Program-made: the position numbers and the translations under genes
Assembly (NCBI GenBank): GCA_043228905.1
Contig: JBHGNT010000002.1
Coordinates: 8,556,001-8,620,000 of the forward strand
DNA: 64,000 bases
Direction of reading: 5' to 3'
Source: Azolla caroliniana
Lineage: Eukaryota; Plantae; Polypodiophyta
Shown: positions 56,223-64,000 of the stretch, piece after piece
Numbering within the stretch: the first letter of the stretch is position 1
How the letters are laid out: each line of letters starts with the position of its first letter
The notes under the pieces: generated by a model
What the model was told of the DNA's origin: nothing
Database searches by the model: none
Seen by the model: the letters and a program-made list of their open reading frames with translations, nothing else

Positions 56223-56641
56223 TGTTGTTCTCTGACCGGACAAGGCCTAACACAAGGTGTCACGGAGACACTTCACCAAAGGGTGATTACGGCATAGGAT
56301 TATGACTCAACGATTACACTGACTTAAGTAGGTTACACGATTAGAGCGCTTTTGTTAATTACACGCGTAAGATATAACAGTAATTACAGAACGGAAATCA
56401 ACACAGAAGTATAAACACCATACGCTCTATTAATTATCTGCTGCGATTACAATGGGGTCCGGGCCTTTAAATAGGTTTCCGGCCCGTAGTACAAAACGGT
56501 GCCTATCGCACCTATTCGGGACCCGTCCGGATCTGGAACGGCATACCGTTTCCAGTCCGTCCGTCCACACTATGCTTATTTACAACCATACTTAATTAAT
56601 TCCTTCACTCCGTATTTTGGACTCCTTGCCGGCCGGTAACA
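56223..56641 (-). mobile_element. 3' LTR (419 bp) of the gypsy element
   Basis: Minus strand reads TGTTACC...GAACAACA, with TATA box CCTATTTAAAGG (56475-56464) followed by TGTAA, AATTAATA and a T-rich stretch; co-oriented with gag-pol. Confidence 0.85.
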
Positions 56642-56643
56642 CA

Positions 56644-56660
56644 TGGCACGCCCGTGGGAC
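56644..56660 (+). promoter_or_regulatory. tRNA-Arg-type primer-binding site, antisense to the element, at the position expected for the PPT
   Basis: TGGCACGCCCGTGGGAC lies 2 nt inside the LTR and matches the recalled Tat/Ogre-type PBS TGGCACGCCC(A/G)GTGGGAC with a 1-nt gap. Confidence 0.75.
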
Positions 56661-56693
56661 AATACCTTGTACGTCGAACCCTTCTCGGCCCCT

Positions 56694-58295
56694 TCATTGT
56701 TCACCCAAATTGTCCAAAATACTTTGTTCCAGAGTTTCCAATTGTTCTTCCGGTTGTGGTTGTTGTGGCTGTGCTTGCTGCTGCTGCTGTGGTTGCGGTT
56801 GGGACTGAGACTGCTCCGGCTTCTCTATAGGCGGCTGCTCCGTTTGTTTCTCTGACTCCGGCATCTCCGTCTGACTGTTTCCAGTCCGGTCTCCTTCCAG
56901 TAACGGTTCTTCATCACTGAGGTTGACCGTAACCGGTTCTCGTGCTTTCTCTTCCCGGATCCGGGACCTCTCGTAGCTTTCAAACTGGATCTGCGCCTCC
57001 AGCCTGTCGTCGTCCAGCTGAGCTACAAGTTGCCGGACTTGCCCTAGTTGGTCCTCTGCCAAGGCTTGAAAGTCTTCGGCCAGCTCATCTCTTATGCCGG
57101 TGAAGTCTTCGGAAGTCAGCATATAGCAATCATCCCCCTCCTTCCGCTGGTTCTCTACGTCGGCCCGGAGCAATTGGAGTTCCGCCGCGTTCGGGGCCCA
57201 CTTGGTCCACCATTTGACGGAACCGTTGTCAATCAAGCTCTTGGTCTGGTTCAACCAGGCCCGCATGATATCCTGGATGCGACTTGCTCCCATTTGCGCT
57301 CTACTTTCCACAACTTGTCGTTCCTCCTTCAACTGCTTGATGAGATTAGCCATATCCTCCGCCTGCTCTTTGTAGTGCGTCAGCTGCCCTTGATATGTTG
57401 TTTGCAGCTTTTGCAGTACCGCCGCCGCTCTTTCTCTTTCCGCCTGCTGTTGCCTGAGGAGCTCTGTCCGAACCTTCTCTGCCTCTTCCAACCGTCTTCT
57501 GGTTTCCGCTTGTTCATTAGCGTATGCCGTTGCGGTCCGATCAACTGCTTGCCGGAGCTCATCCGTCCGTTCCTTGTGCTCCGTTTGCATCCGTTTATAC
57601 TCCCGGTGCAAGTGCTCAAATTCCTCCGTTTTTTGTTTGAGCTTGCCGTTGATCTGGCGATGGTTCTGGTCCTCCCGGTCCTTTAGCTGCCGGAGTTCCT
57701 CTTTCAGGCGCTCTACTTCTGTTTCGGCGTTCCTCCGGAGCCTGTCCTTCTCTTGCAGCATTTTCTCCTTTTCCTCCTTGAGCCGGTCGTACGCTTGGTG
57801 GCCTTTTCGTAAGCTCTCCTCGGCCCGGCGTAGATTCTCAGCAGTCTTTTTGAGTTCTGCCTCCGCTGCCGTCTTCAACTCTCTTTCGCGGCTCCTCAGC
57901 GCTTCTTGGGCAGCTAGCTCATCCTTTAAATCCGCAAGCTCTTGGGCTTGTGCCGCATTTCTCTCCGGAACGGTTTCCGTTGCCGGGGTCTGATTGCTAT
58001 GTACAGGTTGATCTGACGCTTTATTCTGTACATTGCTCGGAGTCATCGGTACTTGGTCTTGTGTTTTCAAAGCCAATTGAGCCATTTCCCTTGTGACCCT
58101 GTCCAAGTCTTGTTCAAGGCTCCGGATTCTGGACCGGGCCGTCTCTAGATCTACGGTTGTGACGAGCAACCGTTCGTGGTGCGCTCTCTCCTCCGCCTCT
58201 ATGTACTCGACCGCTCCGGCAATCTGCTCGCCTACCCACCGTAGCCACATGCTACTGGTGCCTTGCTGCTGTGCTGGTCGGGTCGGCTCGTTCAC
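56694..58295 (-). CDS. Gypsy accessory ORF B: long coiled-coil protein with a Q/E-rich tail
   Basis: Uninterrupted 533 codons, E/R/Q/K heptad-like composition, no obvious transmembrane segment; the GTG start is uncertain. Confidence 0.75.
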   Translation of the reverse strand: MNEPTRPAQQQGTSSMWLRWVGEQIAGAVEYIEAEERAHHERLLVTTVDLETARSRIRSLEQDLDRVTREMAQLALKTQDQVPMTPSNVQNKASDQPVHSNQTPATETVPERNAAQAQELADLKDELAAQEALRSRERELKTAAEAELKKTAENLRRAEESLRKGHQAYDRLKEEKEKMLQEKDRLRRNAETEVERLKEELRQLKDREDQNHRQINGKLKQKTEEFEHLHREYKRMQTEHKERTDELRQAVDRTATAYANEQAETRRRLEEAEKVRTELLRQQQAERERAAAVLQKLQTTYQGQLTHYKEQAEDMANLIKQLKEERQVVESRAQMGASRIQDIMRAWLNQTKSLIDNGSVKWWTKWAPNAAELQLLRADVENQRKEGDDCYMLTSEDFTGIRDELAEDFQALAEDQLGQVRQLVAQLDDDRLEAQIQFESYERSRIREEKAREPVTVNLSDEEPLLEGDRTGNSQTEMPESEKQTEQPPIEKPEQSQSQPQPQQQQQAQPQQPQPEEQLETLEQSILDNLGEQ

Positions 58296-59662
58296 TGTGG
58301 ATTGTCTGGCCTGAGTGCCTGTATCTGCCGTTCTGGTTCTACTCCTTGGCCGCTGTGTGTGCTGTCTGGGCTCGCTGGCTGTTGAGTTCCGGTTCTCGCC
58401 GTCTCCGGAGCCGTTGGAATGACTTCTTGTATAGAAGCCGACAAGGCCGGTTCTATACGGACCGGTTCCGGTTCCTCCCTTGTGGTTTGCTCAGGTTGAG
58501 TTGGGGGCGTTTCTTCCTTTTGCGGGTCCGAACGCTCCCCCGCTGTCCCGGCGGTCCTACTTCTTGACCGTCGTTGGAGGTGCTCTACTGGCTTCTCCGT
58601 TTCCTCTTCTTGGGTAACGGCATGTATCTGTGCCGTCAAGGGTTCCGGTTCCTTCTGTCCCGGTCGCCGTATGGTTATCTTAACGGGTCGGACCGGTGAC
58701 ACCTCCTCCGGTTCTGGGAGCCGTTTCTTCCCTTTCGTCGCCTTTGACGCCAGCAGCTGCTGTCGTTTGGACGCGGGCTTCGAGGTGCTTCCTTCTGATA
58801 ATCTTGGCCGCTTCTTTGGCTGAACGGTCTCGACCGGCGGCGCGAGCAATGTTATCCACTGAGCTACGGCATGCCACAGCTTTCGGCCCTCCTTGCCGTC
58901 CTTTCCTCGTACCGTGTCGATTGCCGCGCACAAACCGTCTGCAATCAACACCGGCCAATCCACCTTGATCCCTTCATAGGTGGCTATGATCATCCCTGCC
59001 CGATTTTTTGGCATGACAGGGGGTCGGGGGTACACGTGGCCGTACTCATGGAGCACTCGAGCTATCTCCCTGAATAGCGGATCTTCGCCGCCCTGCGTTC
59101 GATAGCCTTTGCCGGCTAGAGAGTACTCACCGAAATATCGGATGAGTTGCTCCGAGGTTGGGTTATCGATCTGAAAAATACCTCCCTCCGAAAGGCCTGT
59201 TAGCGCACGGATCGCTTCCTCGGTGATGACTTCTGTGTCGAGCTCCTTGATGACCCGGTCGGCTTCTTTGTGCGGTGGTGCCTCCATGATGGTCAAGAAC
59301 CCATCCAGTCCGTGTTGCCTGAGCCATTTCCTGGCCGCTTCTGACAGCGTTTGTGGGTCCATGTCTGCTTCGAGGTCGAGGAAAGATGGCGAGGTAGAGT
59401 GGTGATGAGAGTGAGAGCGAGCGAGAGAGAGTTCCGAACGTGGGGGTTCTCTGAGTGCAGGTTCGCGTCTGATAAGCTTCAACCGCCTTGGTGCTTCTGT
59501 GCTTCTTGGCTCGCGAATTGAAAAGGTCTCCATGCGTTCTGCTTTTTCTCTGTGCGTCTTGGCGCCTTTTTCGAGCATGCGCAGGTCGTGTACCAATTTA
59601 GTATTAAGTAATGTGGCGGCTCTTAAATGCCCACTACGTACCTTTTCGCTCCTTGCTTTCAT
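58292..59662 (-). CDS. Gypsy accessory ORF A: putative globular domain, NLS-like motifs and a P/E-rich linker
   Basis: Uninterrupted 456 codons; ITEEAIRALTGL and EGIKVDWPVLIADGL segments resemble plant retrotransposon accessory domains; PKKRPR and KGKKR motifs. Confidence 0.75.
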   Translation of the reverse strand: MKARSEKVRSGHLRAATLLNTKLVHDLRMLEKGAKTHREKAERMETFSIREPRSTEAPRRLKLIRREPALREPPRSELSLARSHSHHHSTSPSFLDLEADMDPQTLSEAARKWLRQHGLDGFLTIMEAPPHKEADRVIKELDTEVITEEAIRALTGLSEGGIFQIDNPTSEQLIRYFGEYSLAGKGYRTQGGEDPLFREIARVLHEYGHVYPRPPVMPKNRAGMIIATYEGIKVDWPVLIADGLCAAIDTVRGKDGKEGRKLWHAVAQWITLLAPPVETVQPKKRPRLSEGSTSKPASKRQQLLASKATKGKKRLPEPEEVSPVRPVKITIRRPGQKEPEPLTAQIHAVTQEEETEKPVEHLQRRSRSRTAGTAGERSDPQKEETPPTQPEQTTREEPEPVRIEPALSASIQEVIPTAPETARTGTQQPASPDSTHSGQGVEPERQIQALRPDNPQ

Positions 59663-59735
59663 GTCCGTTCATACCTCGATTTTTAATGATTTCTTTTTTT
59701 TTTTTTTTTTTTTTTTTTTTTGACGGTATGTGATC

Positions 59736-62700
59736 TTACACATCCGTAGGTCCCTTCGGACCCTTACCGTTTTCCTTACGGGTTGCCGTGTCTTCCTTCG
59801 CCTCTGCTACGGGTTCCCCGTCGTCTTTTTCTTCCATCCGTACCGTTCCCGGACAGGTTCCCGGTATAGTGCCGGTGGGCTGTATGAACGGGTTACTTGG
59901 CATCGGTCCTTTATAGGGCTTTAGTCTAAATCTGTTGACCCACTTGCCTAGCACTTCACCGGCAAGTGTCCCTAACTGATAGGACCCGTTGTATTCCCGT
60001 GTCAGCCAATACGGGCCTGCCCATCTAAACCGGAGTTTACCCGGCATCTTGCCCATCCTCGTTTGGAATACTAGCACCGGCTTTCCGATTTCGAACATCT
60101 TTTCATTACCTTTCCGGTGACGGTCAACGAACGCTTTCCGTTGTCGTTGCTCCAATTCCATGTGTAGGATGCTGGCCAGCCGTTGCTCCTCCAGTTCGCA
60201 TAGTGCTGCTAGCCGCATTTCCTCCGACTCCTTTTCATTCAGCCGTTCCCGTAGTTGGATCCGTAAGCTTGGGACCTGAAATTGCACCGGCATGACCGCC
60301 TCTAAGCCGAACGCTAACCGGAACGGCGTTGTCCGGATACTTGTTTTGTATGCCGTTCGGTACGCCCATAGCGCGCTATGGAGCTTTGTATCCCAGTCCG
60401 TCCGGTTTTCATTGATGATTTTGCGGAGAATGTTCTGGAGCGTTTTGTTGGTTGACTCTGCTAACCCGTTTGCTTGTGGGTAGTACGGTGTGCTCCGTTT
60501 ATGGACCACGGCATAGAACGTTGTTAAGCTTTCAACTACCTAGCCGAGGAAGTGCCCTCCTTGGTCGCTGATTAATTCAATCGGAAATCCATATCGGCAC
60601 CAAATGTTCTCGTACAGGAATTTTGCTGTGGATGACGCGGTGTTGTCTCTCAAGGCCTTAGCCTCCACCCATTTAGTGCAATAATCTGTTGCCACGATGA
60701 CATAACGATTACCCGTTCTCATTGCCGGTGGCTTGAACGGTCCGACAAAATCCAACCCCCACTTCTGGAATGGCTCTAGTGGAAGTACCGGTTGGTGTGG
60801 CATCCGTGCTTGCTCCGTAGGCTGGCCCATTCGTTGTCATAGGTCACATTCCTTAGCATACTTGACGGCGTCTTTTAACGTCGTGGGCCACCATAAGCCG
60901 CTCTGCCATACTTTCCTTGCCGTCGCTTCCCCGGCATAGTGTCCTCCGGCAACCCCACAGTGTGCTTCCCGTAAGATTACTTGTTTCTCGTCACTACGGA
61001 CTGCCCGTCTCCATATTCCATCTGCTCCCTTGTGGTAGAGAGTGTCCCGTAACAGACAGAAATTGCGGCTCTGCACCGCCAGTCGTTTCCTCTCGTCCCA
61101 GTTCATTTCCTCCGGTGGCAGGCCCGTGCTTAGGAACTGGTGTATGTTTGTCAGCCACCTATCTTCTGATGCCACCGTGTCGTCCGCTGCCGTTTCCGGG
61201 GTGATACGGAATAACTCTGCGTCCGGGAATTCATCCGATACTCCGTCGCCTGATTCTCCGGACTCTAACCGGCTCAGGTAGTCTGCTACGGCATGCTGGA
61301 TACCGGGCCGGTGGAAGATCTCGAATTCGAACTCCTGCAACAGCAAGGTCCAACGGGCCAACTTACCGGTCAGGGACGCCTTGGACACTAAGTACAGGAG
61401 CGCCGAGTGATCCACATGAAAGGAGAACTTCCTTCCCAATAGGTAATGACGAAACTTTGTGACACTGTAGATCATGCCCAGGGCCTCCCGTTCCGTAGTC
61501 GAATAGTTCTTCTCCGCTTGGGACAGCTTCCGGCTGGCGTAATATACCGGCCGGTACCATTTGGGCTCCGTAAGTTGCATTAAGGCGCTGCCGATAGCGA
61601 TGTCGGAAGCGTCAACGAACACATGAAATTCCTTGCTCCAATCCAGAGGCTGCACGACGGGTGCTTGCGACAAAAGTACCTTCAGGGCATTGTATGCCTT
61701 ATCCTCCGTATCCGTCCATTGGAACGGTGTCCGATGTACCGCGGTGTGTAATGGTGTAGCCAAGTCAGCCAAGTGACGGAGCATCCGGTTGTGCCACCGG
61801 ATCTGTCCTAAGAATCGGCTTAGTGCTTTGGCCGTTTTCGGCGCCGGTGCCCTTAGTATCACGTTTACTTTGTCCGGTTCGACCGCAATGCCCTCCTTAC
61901 TTACAATGTGTCCCAGTAAGATTCCACTTGACACCCCAAAGATGCATTTCGCTGGGTTTAAGCTTAGCCGGTATAACCTACACTTTTCAAGGCATAACCG
62001 TAGGTGCTGCAAATGGTCTTTTTCCCGGCTATAGACTGCAAAGTCATCCAGGAAAACCTGCATGAAGGCTGGAATGTATTCGCCGAAGATCTCCATGATG
62101 ATTCGCTGGAAAGTTGCTGGTGCCGTTTTTAGTCCGAACATCATTACTACGGCAACAAACACCCCCCATTCGGTGACGAACGCTGTCTTTTCCTGGTCGT
62201 CAGGGTGCATCCGGATTTGATTGTATCCGCTGAACCCGTCTAAAAAGCTATAAACTTCATGGCCGGCGACGGCATCCAGTACTCCATCCGTGAACGGAAG
62301 AGGGAATGCATCCGTAATTGTGGCTGCATTTAGTTTCCTGTAATCTACACATACGCGGATTTTACCGTTCTTCTTTGGGACGACGACGATGGGGCTCAGC
62401 CACGTCGCTTTCTTTACCGGCCGGATGAAGCCCACTCTTAGGAGTTTGTCGATTTCCTCCTTCACTTTGGCGGCGTAGTTGGGGTTCATTCGGTAACGTC
62501 TTTGCGCCACTGGTTTCGCGTCCTTGCCTAAGTGGATCTGATGCTGATATAATTGAGGGTCCAGCCCTCGCATGTCTTCGTATGACCAGGCGAATACGTC
62601 GCGAAACTCCGTGAGAAGTTTGATCATCGTTGCTTTATCTTCCGGCTTCATCTCTTTGGCGATGTGTACCGGCTTTGATTCGTCCTTGCTTCCTAGGTTC

Positions 62701-64000
62701 ACTTCGTCGAGCTGGGATGTTTTTACCCGTTGGGAAACGGCCATTTCCCGTTCCAACGCTTCCTGTGCTTGCCGTAATTCCCGAATCGAATCTTTGTCTG
62801 GTTCGGCTTCGGTGTCGTCCCGCTGCGGCAAGTATGGTGCTACGGCTTCAGCCACGTCAATCTCGAAGAGTGGTACGATCTTCGGGTGTTCCTCCAAGTA
62901 CTGGGCTTCTTCGTCGTCTGCTAACCCTTCAAGCATGTTCACGCATTCCGCATACAGCGGTGTGCATTCCTTACCGTTGCTAGTCCGTGGTTGTGTCGGT
63001 ACCCGGACCTTGGCTTTTCCGCGCCGGAAGGTAATCATATTTTTACGCCAATTTTGCTTGATGTGTGCTGTTTTCAACCATGGTCTGCCCAACAACAGTG
63101 GGTACGTGCCTTGCGCCTGTAGCTGCAGCACGACAGCTGAGATGTGAAATGTGTGACCTCCTATGGTGACTTCCAATTTCCGTATTAAGCCCGTCGGCCG
63201 TACAGAGCTCGTATCCGCCATCCGTAGCCAGAACGGACATGGCTCCCATTCATGTATACCCAAGGCATCACACGTGCGGAGGCTTATTACGTTCACCCCG
63301 GAACCTCCATCGATTACTGTGTCGGGAAGTTCGTGCCCTTTGACAATAGCTGTAATCACCGGACTACTAGTGTCCACCACCGTCGGTCCCTCCTCCGGAT
63401 TCGAGAAGAGGACTGGTGCCGGTGGGGCTACACCGTCTGTCATGACCGTTTTTAGTCCTTCCGTAAATCGCGGCATGAGTTGCAAGAGTCTTCCTAATGG
63501 CAACGTGATCTGACATTCTTGCAGTGCTTGCCATGTCTCGTTTTCTGCGTGGCTACCGCCGGCACTCCCTATGGTATTCGTCTTTTGCCGTTCCGCGTCC
63601 GCGACGTTCCTTTCATTGGCTTCCTTCACCCATTCCGTCGCCTGTTTTCGTATGGCCTCTTGTGTTTCCCACTCTTTGGCCATGCCTTTCGACCGTGTGG
63701 TTACTTGCTGTACATCCGCCACTTCCGGAACCACCATATTAACTGCTGGTCGTTTATCGTAGCTCTTTGCCGGGCACTGGTTACTGTAGTGGCCTTCCTG
63801 CCTGCAGTAGTAGCAGTACTCTTTACGGGTATTGTTGGATTCAGCATTGCTGGTAGCCGGAGTCGGTCCCGTAGTGAGTGGTGCGTTCTGTGCCGGTTGG
63901 CTCCTTGGGGTTCCATGTTCCGGGTCCCTAGGGTGACCACCTTTCTTGAAATTACGTTTCTTATTATTCTTATTTTTATTTCGGTAGTCCTGTCGTGGTG
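59736..64000 (-). pseudogene. Gypsy gag-pol in a single frame, with two premature stops in the integrase
   Basis: CYYCRQEGHYSNQC knuckle (~63775-63815) is in frame with pol; PR VIDGGSGVN; RT LDGFSGYNQI and FLDDF; RH VDASD; INT HCGVAGGH, LDFVGP, SDQG and NGLAES; stops at 60837-60839 and 60540-60542. Confidence 0.93.

Larger units (their letters stand above)
56223..64000 (-). mobile_element. Non-chromovirus Ty3/gypsy retrotransposon (no additional RNase H), nearly intact; 5' end outside the window
   Basis: Domain order gag-PR-RT-RH-INT, then two accessory ORFs and an LTR; inserted in the copia E integrase after TTCTC, the predicted TSD. Confidence 0.95.

Noticed and set aside
56679-56696. Purine-rich TGAAGGGGCCGAGAAGGG as the gypsy PPT
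   Set aside because: It is interrupted by pyrimidines and lies about 37 nt from the LTR edge, whereas a PPT normally abuts the LTR. It cannot be fully excluded without other copies.
57048-57993. Plus-strand ORFs of 212 and 139 aa that could be the real genes of a plus-oriented element
   Set aside because: Leu/Ser-rich antisense shadows of the coiled-coil ORF with no gag or pol motifs.

Overview
Eukaryotic nuclear DNA from a land plant, probably a non-seed plant such as a fern (inferred from the TE lineages; not proven). Two intact intron-containing host genes are present: a TPR-repeat/thioredoxin-like TTL-family gene (30161-35744, 7 exons, one GC-AG intron) and the nuclear-encoded mitochondrial F1 ATP synthase beta subunit (46920-51320, 9 exons). 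The rest is mostly transposable elements: the 3' end of a MULE, a full-length L1-type LINE with a 17-bp TSD, a hAT-type MITE, a deeply nested Ty1/copia cluster with solo LTRs (11.6-28 kb), an RTE/RTEX-like LINE, a decayed tRNA-Ala(AGC), a chromovirus 3' half, a hAT remnant, and a young non-chromovirus Ty3/gypsy element (56223 to window end, minus strand). The most unusual observation is in that gypsy element. Where the polypurine tract should precede its 3' LTR, there is instead a tRNA-Arg-type primer-binding site in the opposite orientation, which suggests tRNA-primed second-strand synthesis (dual tRNA priming). The element also carries about 990 codons of sense-strand accessory ORFs. A second highlight is a TSD-flanked chimera of a U6 snRNA fragment and a LINE 3' end joined in opposite orientations.
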